From a bacterium (lineage in GTDB: Bacteria; RUG730): a stretch of 64,000 nucleotides of DNA. Below, piece by piece: positions 32,751-42,021 of this stretch (positions are counted from its first letter, which is position 1; the number at the start of each line of letters is the position of its first letter). The stretch spans positions 1-64,000 of the forward strand of contig JAVBNQ010000010.1 in NCBI GenBank assembly GCA_031551405.1, written 5' to 3'. A program made the position numbers and the translations under genes. The notes beneath the pieces are model-generated. The model did no database searches and had not been told where the DNA came from. It saw only the letters and a program-made list of their open reading frames with translations.

Positions 32751-33893
32751 TTATTTCAGCTTAAACAGTTTTTCAGCATTACCAGGGGCAATTTTTTCTT
32801 TATCCTTTGCGCTTATAGGCGCTTTTTCAATAAAATCTCTCGCGCCTTTATTCGAATAATACGGGTAATCGGCAGAGTACAAAATTCTGTCAGCACCCAT
32901 AATTTCTATCGTATTGTTAAGCTGAGCATTATTAAACATACCGCTTGGCGTAACATAAATATTGTTAAGCATGTAATATTTGAAATCATGTTTCATCGGA
33001 GACGCGCTTGCCGGGAAAAAAGTATTAATCCTGTCGGTATAAAAAGGAATCAATTCCCCCCAGTGCCCGATAATAACCTGCAAATCGGGGTGCCGGTCAA
33101 ACACACCGGCAAAAATAAGACGCATAACATGAATGCCGACCTCGTAATGCCAGCCTATTCCGGCTGAAGCAAAACGCGCCGCAAAAGCAGGGTCGTCATT
33201 ATAGTAATAAGCGTCACGAACTTCCTTTTTTACAATAGTCGGATGAATGTATAGAGGCACGCCAAGCTCGACGGCCGTTACAAAAATTATTTCAAAATCC
33301 GGTTGATCCATAAAACGCCCGTGCGCCGTTCCGTTAATCATGGCTCCTTTAAAGCCCAGTTCTCTAACACACCGTTTTAATTCTTCCGCGGCAGCTTTAG
33401 GGTTAGACATAGGCAATGTGGCAAAACCCATAAATCTGGTAGGATATTTGGCTATGGCTGCGGCTAACTGATCGTTCGCTTTACGTGCAAGCTCTATCGC
33501 CTGCGGCGACGGAAGCAGTTCGGTCGCAGGAGAATTGTAAGAAAGTATCTGAACATCAATTCCGTTCGCATCCATATCTGCTATCCTCCCTTCACCTATA
33601 TCAAACAGCTGTTCCGGTTTCATGGTAGTCCTTGAACCGAAATCTGCGATAAATGCCTTGCTGTGTCCCGGCGCAATTTTTTCTATCTCAACGCGGGTAG
33701 CTTCCGTAATTTCCGTATTAAGAAAATGTTCTTCCACCATTATAATTTTCATTTTTTTAGAATCCTTTACTATTTTGGCCGGCTTTTTTACATCAGTATT
33801 AACTGTTTGACGGCTGGTATTTTGTGCATTAGCCGTAACAGCTAAAACCATACAAAACACTGCTGCCGGTATAATCTTTTTTAAGTTTTTCAT
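32751..33893 (-). CDS. Amidohydrolase_2 family protein (ACMSD/LigW/hydroxybenzoate decarboxylase-like) with signal peptide
   Basis: VEEH, R..DMD..GIDVQILS, PLYIHP, IIGHWGE, SADYPY. Confidence 0.88.
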   Translation of the reverse strand: MKNLKKIIPAAVFCMVLAVTANAQNTSRQTVNTDVKKPAKIVKDSKKMKIIMVEEHFLNTEITEATRVEIEKIAPGHSKAFIADFGSRTTMKPEQLFDIGEGRIADMDANGIDVQILSYNSPATELLPSPQAIELARKANDQLAAAIAKYPTRFMGFATLPMSNPKAAAEELKRCVRELGFKGAMINGTAHGRFMDQPDFEIIFVTAVELGVPLYIHPTIVKKEVRDAYYYNDDPAFAARFASAGIGWHYEVGIHVMRLIFAGVFDRHPDLQVIIGHWGELIPFYTDRINTFFPASASPMKHDFKYYMLNNIYVTPSGMFNNAQLNNTIEIMGADRILYSADYPYYSNKGARDFIEKAPISAKDKEKIAPGNAEKLFKLK

Positions 33894-34010
33894 TTTACAT
33901 ATTTCCTTTAATAACGAATATTATTTTCTATCTTGCTTTTAATGCTAACTGCCGTTTTATGTAATTCAACCAAACATTTGCTTTGGGTTTTGTCTCATTT
34001 CATCGAACTC

Positions 34011-34628
34011 TTATCCTGCCTGACTGTCATCGAACTTATTCAAATAAACAGCTTTTCCTCTTGCTGTCAGCAAAGGAAAAAGAATTCCCCACACCGTTTT
34101 TTTAAATTTAGACAATTTAACTCCCATATTTTTCTCCGCTTCCAGGCTGTCCTGCCAGTAAATTTTCATAAAATGCATACTGCGGGCAATGGACATATAC
34201 TGTTTAGGAAACTCTTCCGAACGGATCAGTTTTGCAGCAATAAAATTTTCAAAAGTTTTTTCCCAAAAATGCATGTTGTCTTTAAAAACTTTAAGCTGGA
34301 TTTCTCTGATTTTTTTGCTAAGTCCTGAAAAAAAAGTGTAATTCTTAAAATAAAAAGCATTTTCAACGCTCAATCTTTCCGAAAACAAAATCCAATCATT
34401 AAGTTCTTTTAAATTTTTACACGGAGATAATGGCTTATAACGGTTAAACATATTAACCACAACTTCTTCCGCAAGATCTTCCTTCTTTTTAAAATAGTAT
34501 GTAAGATTGCCCACGCTTATTTCAAGCTTGGCGGCAATATCGCGCATCCCTACATTGCTGAACCCCTTATCAAGAAATAACTTTTGGGCTACTTTTGCTA
34601 TTTCATCCCTGGTAGCTGATTCTTTCAT
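34011..34628 (-). CDS. TetR/AcrR family transcriptional regulator
   Basis: LFLDKGFSNVGMRDIAAKLEISVGNLTYYFKKKEDL helix-turn-helix. Confidence 0.93.
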   Translation of the reverse strand: MKESATRDEIAKVAQKLFLDKGFSNVGMRDIAAKLEISVGNLTYYFKKKEDLAEEVVVNMFNRYKPLSPCKNLKELNDWILFSERLSVENAFYFKNYTFFSGLSKKIREIQLKVFKDNMHFWEKTFENFIAAKLIRSEEFPKQYMSIARSMHFMKIYWQDSLEAEKNMGVKLSKFKKTVWGILFPLLTARGKAVYLNKFDDSQAG

Positions 34629-34663
34629 TTTTTCCTCTCACACTTATAATTGTGTTTTAGTCT

Positions 34664-35365
34664 TTACTCAGCAAGCCACTTATCGGCATCACGGTATAGC
34701 TTATCGACTAAATCAGGGCGATCTATTCCCGACAGTTCTTCCGAAACCTGAATTCCGTTCTTTTTTCCCATATAGATCATACCTCCGTAACTCTGCCTGT
34801 ATTTTGCCATTTCTTTTTCGGAAACTTTTATTTGTGAATTCGGAAATACCGGGATCATTGTATCCTTTTCATAAATTGCGTCAAACGAAACAATATACCA
34901 CTGCCCGCCTGTCTTTTGTAAGCGGAACACAAGCTTAGAATCCGATAAAAGTTCTACAGAATATCCGTCGATAATATACCTTATTTGAACTGTTACCATC
35001 ATAACTGCAACTGCTTTGTCATTGTTTGTCCAAATCTCTGTATTATAGATTTTATGTGGTGCAAACCCTCCCATATTTTTTGACGCTTCAATAAAACCGT
35101 AACCGCTTCCCTGAAACCAGGAAATGTTCACTCTGGAACCATCTGCATAACATTTCTTCATTTCGTCCCAAAGCGCATTGTCGCGGCAAAAGCGTTCAAA
35201 TTCAAGAAGTTCTTTTATGGCGGTTTTATCAGCAATATTTTGCTAGCTTGAAACAACAGGCCTTTTTAATATTATTTTATATTCTTGCTGATTTTCCGTT
35301 TGTGCCGATATAATCCCTGACGACAAAACACAAAATGCAATAAGTAAAACTTTAATTTTCTTCAT
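34664..35365 (-). pseudogene. SnoaL/NTF2-like protein with signal peptide, interrupted by an in-frame TAG
   Basis: ATG 35365 (RBS AGAGAGG) MKKIKVLLIAFCVLSSGIISA..., TAG at 35243-35245 (codon 41), then QNIADKTAIKELLEFERFCRDNALWDE in frame with the listed ORF 34664-35161. Confidence 0.8.
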
Positions 35366-35395
35366 ATTTTTACCTCTCTTCTATATTACATAATA

Positions 35396-36433
35396 TTATT
35401 TCATGATATCTTTTATAATAGCGGTAACTTTGTTCATAACGGTACCGGCATTTTTTATACCTTTACTTTCCTGCTCTTTAACCCAGGCGGATTGTATTTC
35501 CCCGTAGTTTGTGCCGGTTTCCCATTGCTTCAATTCTTTCTGTTTCAGAATTCTGATTTGCGCTCCGGATTTCTTCATAATTTCTATTTGCGAATCAAAA
35601 CTGCTGTCCATTACTGATCCCAAAGTTTTGTATGCTGCATCGGCAGCGCGCTTAACCGCCTGACGGTCTTCTTCAGCAAGGCTATACCAAACATTTTTAT
35701 TGATAACTAAAAGATAAACATGCCCGAGCCATAAATTTTTAGATGCCAGCACATTTGACGCTGTTTTATGAATTTTTAAATCATATGCGCTGTCAATATT
35801 TACTATAAGCCCGTCCAAATCGCCGTCTTGCAGGGCTTTGTATATTCCATCACCCCACGGCATAGAAACAGGCACGCCTCCCGCGTTTTTAATAAAATCC
35901 CTGTGCCAGAAACTTGCAGTTCTCCATCTGCCCCCTTTTATATCTTCCAGCGTACTTATCGGTTTTGTACTGAAAAAAGCCGCGGGATACCCTGTTGCAA
36001 AAAACAGGCTCACAACATTTGCTTTGTTTAGTTCTTCTTCAAAATCAGGAATTTCAGCATACGCCCTCCTGAAAAATACAACCTGCTTATTTCCCGACGG
36101 ACCTATAGGAAAACTTTTAAAAATTTGCTGGAGCGGCAATTCATCTGGAGAATATTCCGGTACTACTATCGCCATATCAGCACCGCCTTCGCCGCCGACA
36201 GTACGCAGCGCATTATAGCCGTTTGCAATCTCTGCGCCCCAGTGCTCTTCTATTATAAGACGCCCGTTTGTTTCTTTTTCAACGTAAGCAAAGAACACAT
36301 CCTTGATGAACCGCGTACGCATATTGCCCAAAGGCTCATGATCGCTGTACTTAAGAATTCTTGTATCAGCCATAGCGGAATGCGCCAGAAACATCGCAAG
36401 TATTGCCATTAACAATTTTTTATTCCCTTTCAT
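35396..36433 (-). CDS. TRAP-type substrate-binding protein (DctP-like)
   Basis: Signal peptide, VEKETNGRL, PISTLEDIKGGRWR, GGVPVSMPWGDGIYKALQDGDLDG. Confidence 0.85.
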   Translation of the reverse strand: MKGNKKLLMAILAMFLAHSAMADTRILKYSDHEPLGNMRTRFIKDVFFAYVEKETNGRLIIEEHWGAEIANGYNALRTVGGEGGADMAIVVPEYSPDELPLQQIFKSFPIGPSGNKQVVFFRRAYAEIPDFEEELNKANVVSLFFATGYPAAFFSTKPISTLEDIKGGRWRTASFWHRDFIKNAGGVPVSMPWGDGIYKALQDGDLDGLIVNIDSAYDLKIHKTASNVLASKNLWLGHVYLLVINKNVWYSLAEEDRQAVKRAADAAYKTLGSVMDSSFDSQIEIMKKSGAQIRILKQKELKQWETGTNYGEIQSAWVKEQESKGIKNAGTVMNKVTAIIKDIMK

Positions 36434-36487
36434 AATTGCTTCCATTATTTTTTATTGTGTGCGCTATTTTTATTTTATTCCATTTGA

Positions 36488-36889
36488 TTATATTTTATAA
36501 CTTTTAGAACCTTCCGAAAAACTGTATGTTTTTACTTCATCAGCGTCTATATAAAAAATTTTAAAATTCGGATTATCTGAAGTTTTATAAGTATTTTTAA
36601 TTATCGTATTTTCATCCAGAATACGGGCTTTAACACCAGCATCTTCAGAAAAAACAGCTTTGCCGTTAACTGACAATACCGGCATGAAATTTTTTGTATG
36701 CGTACAAAATGAAACATTCGGATTAGCTGTCAATTGAACATATAACTGCTTTTGGACATCAGTGCAAAAAAACACCTTATTCCCCTGAACAAACAAACAT
36801 TGCAATATCCTCGTGCTGACCAGTGTTCCATTTTGCGTGGCCAATACGCCGTTGGGGTTTTCTTTCAAAATTTCATTATAATTTATCAT
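36488..36889 (-). CDS. Pyridoxamine 5'-phosphate oxidase-like FMN-binding split-barrel protein
   Basis: GVLATQ, FCTD..KQLY.QL..NPNVSFC, GKAVF; AGGAGG RBS. Confidence 0.8.
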   Translation of the reverse strand: MINYNEILKENPNGVLATQNGTLVSTRILQCLFVQGNKVFFCTDVQKQLYVQLTANPNVSFCTHTKNFMPVLSVNGKAVFSEDAGVKARILDENTIIKNTYKTSDNPNFKIFYIDADEVKTYSFSEGSKSYKI

Positions 36890-36924
36890 TACGGTTTTCC
36901 TCCTAAAATTATTTCCAAAAAAAT

Positions 36925-36973
36925 TAGAACAACTGTACTACAACTTTATAGCACACGTGTACTAATTTGTCAA
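36925..36973 (-). promoter_or_regulatory. Sigma70 promoter with two 16-bp palindromic operators
   Basis: Minus strand TTGACA (36968-73), 17 nt, TATAAA (36945-50). Palindromes TAGCACACGTGTACTA (36949-64) and TAGAACAACTGTACTA (36925-40). Confidence 0.8.
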
Positions 36974-37014
36974 TTATAAAACTTTTTTTGACTAAGCAAT
37001 TATGTTTTTTCTTT

Positions 37015-37536
37015 ATTATAATGTCCTAGACTAGACAAAAATTTTTGTGTTTCACTATATTTTTTAAGCCACGATTTTTTTTATTGAAAACACCGTAAAT
37101 TTCACTCGGCGTTTTGTCGCTTAAAGACGAATGCTTCCGGTTTTCGTTATAGAATTCAATGTAATTCGAAATTCTCGTATTCAAATCTCTGAAACTTTCA
37201 TACTAATTCTCGTGTTTTAGCGTTTGTCAAAATCTCTCAATTATCACATTATCCACCCATCTGTCGACGGAATCTATCAAAATTTTAATTTCATTATTTT
37301 TCAAAATATCAATAAATTTTTTACTCGTAAATTGCGAGCCTTGATCCGTATTGAAAATTTCCGGTTTTCCGTGTTTTTTCAAAGCTTCTTTTAAAACTTC
37401 TAAAATCACTTTTGCTTTGAACTCGCCTGAATATTTCGTTTTTCCCATTAAAATCCTCCAATTTTCTTTATTGGCGTATTTTAAAAAGATAGTAAAATCT
37501 CTATTTTTCTGTCCAGTTTTTCCAGGACATTATAAT
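37015..37536 (-). mobile_element. Internally deleted IS3-family remnant
   Basis: OrfA start MGKTKYSGEFKAKVILEVLKE fused to OrfB core GKPEIFNTDQGSQFTS...DNVIIERF*, continuing through stops to YIEFYNENRKHSSL..KTP. Terminal inverted repeats ATTATAATGTCCT at 37015-27 and 37524-36. Confidence 0.88.
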
Positions 37537-37596
37537 TTCACAATAGAAAAATTTTTTTTGATTTTTAGAGAAGGATGGGGGTTTGTGAACAAAGAC

Positions 37597-37669
37597 AGCC
37601 CAAGACGGGACTTGAACCCGTGACCTCGTCCTTACCAAGGACGTGCTCTACCAGCTGAGCTACCTGGGC
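37597..37669 (-). tRNA. tRNA-Thr(GGT), CCA not encoded
   Basis: GCCCAGGTAGCTCAGCTGGTAGAGCACGTCCTTGGTAAGGACGAGGTCACGGGTTCAAGTCCCGTCTTGGGCT folds as a cloverleaf. Confidence 0.97.
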
Positions 37670-37676
37670 AAAATTT

Positions 37677-38213
37677 TTATACATTAAAACCTGACTCAAA
37701 AGCCTTATTATTCAAATCAACAAGTTTTTGCCCTTTCGCTTTAAAATTTTCTTCAATTACGCGCAAAAAACTTTCTTTCTTTAACAATGGGCAATGCTTT
37801 GCAAAAGCACCTAAAATCACCATGTTTGACGCGAGTTTATTTCCAATATTTTCAGCTACCGAATTTGCCGGAATATTTATGTGTTTTATGTTTTTATTTT
37901 TGTCATTTAAATTCGGCTCAACCATATCGCTGTTCGTCAAAATCATTCCATTTTCAACAACTTTCCGAGCGTATTTATCATACGCCAGCCTACTAAAACT
38001 TAAAAAAATGTCAATACTATCAACAATCGGCGAGCCTATATATTCATCGGAAATAATGACTTGCGCTTTTGCAGCGCCGCCTCTAACTTCTGCGCCGTAA
38101 GACGGAAAAAATGTCGCGAATTTATTTTCAAAAATCGCAGCTTTGCAAATAATAACGCCCGTGAGCATTATTCCTTGTCCGCCGTAGCCGCTAATAACGA
38201 TATTTTGTCTCAT
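37677..38213 (-). CDS. 2-oxoacid:ferredoxin oxidoreductase gamma subunit
   Basis: SGYGGQG, PSYGAEVRGG, NMVILGA. Confidence 0.93.
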   Translation of the reverse strand: MRQNIVISGYGGQGIMLTGVIICKAAIFENKFATFFPSYGAEVRGGAAKAQVIISDEYIGSPIVDSIDIFLSFSRLAYDKYARKVVENGMILTNSDMVEPNLNDKNKNIKHINIPANSVAENIGNKLASNMVILGAFAKHCPLLKKESFLRVIEENFKAKGQKLVDLNNKAFESGFNV

Positions 38214-38938
38214 AAAACGTCCTTGAAAATTCCGAGCGGAAATTCTTTTTTCATAACATTTTCAACTTCTGCGAGGGCTTCGAGCGGCGTTTGTTTCCAG
38301 CCAGTCGGACACATTGATAAAATTTCGACGAGAGAAAACCCTTTACCATTTATCTGATTCATTAAAGCTTTTTTCATGGCTTTTTTTGTTTTAATTATGT
38401 CTTCCGGGGTATTTATAGCGACTCTTTCCAAATATTTGACAGAATCGATTCCTCGCAAAAGTTCCAAAACTTTTATCGGGTAACCGTCTTCAATATTTCG
38501 TCCGCTTACAGTTGTCGTAGTTTTTTGCCCCAAAAGCGTAGTCGGAGCCATTTGGCCGCCAGTCATTCCATAGCAAATATTATTGACAAAAAAAATCGTG
38601 ATATTTTCGCCACGATTTGCTGCATGCAAAAGCTCGTTTCCGCCGATCGCTATCAAATCTCCGTCGCCTTGATAAGTCACGACGATTTTGTCAGGCATAA
38701 CTCTTTTTAATGCAGTTGCAACAGCAGGCGGTCTGCCGTGAGCGGCTTCGAGAGTGTCGAAATTCCAGTAAAAATAACCGAAAACCGCGCAGCCAACTGG
38801 AGCAACAGCCACGATTTTTTCTCGAATATCAAGCTCATCAGCCAGCTCAGTAAAAAGCCTGTGAACAATTCCATGTCCGCAACCCGGGCAATAATGCTGT
38901 TTTGCATTTTTTAAACTTTTTGGAAGTGTAAAACTCAT
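38210..38938 (-). CDS. 2-oxoacid:ferredoxin oxidoreductase beta (TPP-binding) subunit
   Basis: YCPGCGHG, HGR, YQGDGD, YGMTGGQMAPTT, CPT. Confidence 0.94.
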   Translation of the reverse strand: MSFTLPKSLKNAKQHYCPGCGHGIVHRLFTELADELDIREKIVAVAPVGCAVFGYFYWNFDTLEAAHGRPPAVATALKRVMPDKIVVTYQGDGDLIAIGGNELLHAANRGENITIFFVNNICYGMTGGQMAPTTLLGQKTTTTVSGRNIEDGYPIKVLELLRGIDSVKYLERVAINTPEDIIKTKKAMKKALMNQINGKGFSLVEILSMCPTGWKQTPLEALAEVENVMKKEFPLGIFKDVL

Positions 38939-40002
38939 TTCAAAATTTCCTTAATTTTTTGCAATATAACGTCCTTTTCAGGAACATTTCCGCCCGGAAC
39001 TCCATAAAATTCAACTTTTGTTTTACCGGCCACTGAAAGCTCAACGTCTTCGACCATTTGTCCCATCGACATTTCAATCACAAAAATTTTAGCTTTACTC
39101 GCAAGCTCGTTTATTCGTTTTTTGGGGAATGGAAAAACAGTTTTTGGCCGCAAATATCCGACTTTTAAGCCTTCTTTTCGAGCAGTCAAACAAACATCAT
39201 TTATAATTCTAGCACTAGTTCCGTAGCCTATCATCACAAGCTCAGCATCGTCTGTAAAATTTTCTTCCCAATCTATTTCGCTTTCCATGTCTTTAAATTT
39301 ATTCATCAATCTATAATTATGCTCAGTCAATTCCCCGTCGCCCATCAAAAGCGACCTTATAAATCTTGAATCGCGGTTTTTGCAGCCGGTCAAAGCCCAG
39401 CTCGAAGTATCAAAAACTTTTGGATAAAGTTCCATTTTTTCGAAAAAATATTCAGGTTTTTTGAGCTCAACTTTTTCCATCATTTGCCCAATAATTCCGT
39501 CAGACAAAATCATAACCGGATTTTTGTATTTAAAGGCTAGATAAAATGCAGTAAACGGCATTTCGTACATTTCCTGAACTGAGCTCGGCGTCAAAACAAT
39601 CATTTTGTAATCACCGTGGCCTCCGCCTTTTACGGATTGGAAATAATCGCCTTGAGCTCCAGAAATATTGCCAAGACCTGGACCGCCTCTCTGAACATTG
39701 ACAATGACTGAAGGAAGTTCACAGCCGACGAGATATGAAATTCCCTCTTGCATCAATGAAATTCCGGGTGACGACGACGAAGTCAATGTTTTTTTCCCGG
39801 CGGCAGCAGCGCCAAAAACCATATTTATCGACGCTAGCTCGGATTCTGTTTGCAAAAAAACACGTTTTTCCTCACGCATCCGAAGTGACATATATTCCGT
39901 GATTTCATTTTGCGGAGTGATCGGATATCCAAAATATGCTTCGAGACCCGCTCCAATTGCACCTTCGACTAGAGCGTAATTTCCTTTCATGAACTCAATC
40001 AT
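38935..40002 (-). CDS. 2-oxoacid:ferredoxin oxidoreductase alpha subunit (2-ketoisovalerate/VOR-like)
   Basis: GYPITPQNE, ESELAS, SSSSPGISLMQE, RGGPGLGNI, KGGGHGDY. Confidence 0.93.
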   Translation of the reverse strand: MIEFMKGNYALVEGAIGAGLEAYFGYPITPQNEITEYMSLRMREEKRVFLQTESELASINMVFGAAAAGKKTLTSSSSPGISLMQEGISYLVGCELPSVIVNVQRGGPGLGNISGAQGDYFQSVKGGGHGDYKMIVLTPSSVQEMYEMPFTAFYLAFKYKNPVMILSDGIIGQMMEKVELKKPEYFFEKMELYPKVFDTSSWALTGCKNRDSRFIRSLLMGDGELTEHNYRLMNKFKDMESEIDWEENFTDDAELVMIGYGTSARIINDVCLTARKEGLKVGYLRPKTVFPFPKKRINELASKAKIFVIEMSMGQMVEDVELSVAGKTKVEFYGVPGGNVPEKDVILQKIKEILK

Positions 40003-40210
40003 TTTTGTCCTCTTTTATCTCGATGGCAAAATCCGGACAGACAAGATAGCATCTTCCGCAAGCTTTGCATTCACCGACAAGTTCAACTGGATGACAACCG
40101 CTTTCGTTGAATTCTTCGCTTAATTTCAAAGCTCTAAATTTGCAGGCATTTATGCAGAGTCCACAGCTTTTGCAAAAATCTTTTTTTATATGTAATTTTT
40201 TGGGTGGCAT
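39995..40210 (-). CDS. 2x[4Fe-4S] ferredoxin-like delta subunit
   Basis: CKSCGLCINAC and CKACGRCYLVCPD. Confidence 0.93.
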   Translation of the reverse strand: MPPKKLHIKKDFCKSCGLCINACKFRALKLSEEFNESGCHPVELVGECKACGRCYLVCPDFAIEIKEDKND

Positions 40211-40227
40211 TCTTTATCCTTTCTTAA

Positions 40228-41490
40228 CTAAAATATTACTCGCAATTCAGCTCGATATTTCTTTACATCCTTCTTGTTTGCATCATAAGTTCTCTCGGCA
40301 ATTCCAACAAGCATCATAAATGGCAGTAGTTCTGCTCCAATCTCCAATTTACCTAAAGTATTTGGTCCGTCGACATCTTTTATTTTATCCCAACTTTCTG
40401 CGCCTTTTTTGTCGTACATCAAATTAACAAAAAGTTTATCCAAAAATAAAGATTTATCTAAACTAATGCAAGTATAAAGCCACGGATACGTACCATCGGT
40501 ATCATTATTTAAATTTTCGTATGCAACAAAGACGTTAACTTTGTCGATAAAGTTAATCTCAACTTCCCCGGCAAGTCCTTCTTTTCTCGGAGACATTTTA
40601 TTCGACATCGTGTAAGGCTTAAAATTCCTATCAATATCGTAAAAAGCGTCAAAATATCCATAAATAAAATTATTTTCCAGGCTTTTAAACTGTAATTTGT
40701 AATTCACCATCAAAACTTTTCCCATGAACCCCGTAGCAAAACCCGTGCCGCTATCTTTTATCTTGAAATTTTTTGTATAAGTTTCACCGATTTGCATTTG
40801 TGCTATATCAGCAAACCACTTCGCCGAAATCGTATCAAAATTAACAATCGGGAGCTCTGCGTCTACAGCTATAATTCCAACTCCATCGTCCGACGTTTTT
40901 GAATTATCGTCCGGATCAAAATCTTGTCCACCTGATATCCCTAACGCAAAATTTGAAATAAAACGATCTCCGGCTCCATAAAAAGGTTTAAAATAAATTC
41001 TGCCACCGATAGTTTCTTTCCGAATTAAATTTGTTGTAATAGACTCAAATCCCCAAGCTGGGAAATTTAATTCCAAAACAGCTCCGGCCTTTTTCACGTC
41101 CGGATATCGAATCATATTTGAATAACGATTAAAAATAATTCCGTGCCCGATACTTTCCGACTTCAAGCCGCCAATTCTAAAATAAATCGGCTCGCCTTTT
41201 TTATCGTACGTCAGATAATAAATTTTCGTAATTACATCTTCCCAGCCATCCCATTCGCTATCCAAAAATTTTCCGTTCTTATCAAACAAAAATTCAAGAT
41301 TGAAACCAACAGCGATTTTGCCAAACTCAAACTCAGGTAAAACAGAAAGACGATTATAAACTTCCGTATGGCCTTTTTCATCCTCGTAAGCTTCAGTCCC
41401 AAAAATTATTTGCGAGGCAAAAATAGAATTCAAACAAAAAAAACAAATAATAAGATACGAAAATGCAATTTTTTTTACAAAACTCATCAA
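40228..41490 (-). CDS. Exported hypothetical protein, probable outer-membrane beta-barrel
   Basis: Signal peptide, amphipathic beta strands rich in G/Y/F, C-terminal ELRVIF. Confidence 0.6.
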   Translation of the reverse strand: MMSFVKKIAFSYLIICFFCLNSIFASQIIFGTEAYEDEKGHTEVYNRLSVLPEFEFGKIAVGFNLEFLFDKNGKFLDSEWDGWEDVITKIYYLTYDKKGEPIYFRIGGLKSESIGHGIIFNRYSNMIRYPDVKKAGAVLELNFPAWGFESITTNLIRKETIGGRIYFKPFYGAGDRFISNFALGISGGQDFDPDDNSKTSDDGVGIIAVDAELPIVNFDTISAKWFADIAQMQIGETYTKNFKIKDSGTGFATGFMGKVLMVNYKLQFKSLENNFIYGYFDAFYDIDRNFKPYTMSNKMSPRKEGLAGEVEINFIDKVNVFVAYENLNNDTDGTYPWLYTCISLDKSLFLDKLFVNLMYDKKGAESWDKIKDVDGPNTLGKLEIGAELLPFMMLVGIAERTYDANKKDVKKYRAELRVIF

Positions 41491-41503
41491 AATTCTCCAG
41501 GTT

Positions 41504-41914
41504 TTATATATTTACCACTTTCGTTTTTGAAATTTTATCATGAAGAGCAAAGCCTTCTTTATTAAAAAGTATCAGAACATATCCCAAAGCTAAAATTAGC
41601 ATCGACACTGCAGACGAAAAGAGTCTATAAAAAATAGTTTTGTAACTCATCGCAGAATTATCTAAATTTACAACTTTAATTTTTAACCATTTTTTCCCTA
41701 GCGTATAACCGTATTTTTTATACATAAAAACGTAATACACCAAAAACATCATAAAAGATGACGTAGTTATTGTGCTCTCGCTAAATGTTATAAAAAAACT
41801 CAAAATTAAAAAAACTATTAAAGACGCAAAATAAATCAAAAAATTATCAATGCAATAAGCACCCAATCTTCTGAGAAATAATGGCCAATTTTCTTTAGAA
41901 TAAGTCAAATCCAT
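41504..41914 (-). CDS. RDD family membrane protein
   Basis: RRLGAYCID, G.TLGK....IKVV, LHDKISKTKVV. Confidence 0.9.
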   Translation of the reverse strand: MDLTYSKENWPLFLRRLGAYCIDNFLIYFASLIVFLILSFFITFSESTITTSSFMMFLVYYVFMYKKYGYTLGKKWLKIKVVNLDNSAMSYKTIFYRLFSSAVSMLILALGYVLILFNKEGFALHDKISKTKVVNI

Positions 41915-42021
41915 ATTCCCTCCTACGAAATAAATATTTATTTTATAACTAACTAAAAACTAAACGCGTCATTTTAACATTTTGAAAAATCTTTGTATAT
42001 TAAAATCCGTTAAAATAAAAT

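Larger units (their letters stand above)
32040..37604. mobile_element. Small genomic island at the 3' end of tRNA-Thr
   Basis: Accessory genes and an IS remnant directly downstream of tRNA-Thr; 8-bp direct repeat AGCCCAAG at 32040-32047 and 37597-37604; no integrase present. Confidence 0.55.

Noticed and set aside
35243..35245. Pyrrolysine or TAG reassignment
   Set aside because: TAG terminates gyrB, pstC and murF at their expected ends, and no pyl genes are in the window.
32040..37604. Prophage, integron or anti-phage defence island
   Set aside because: No integrase, phage structural genes, attC-like sites or recognisable defence domains; the cargo is metabolic and regulatory.
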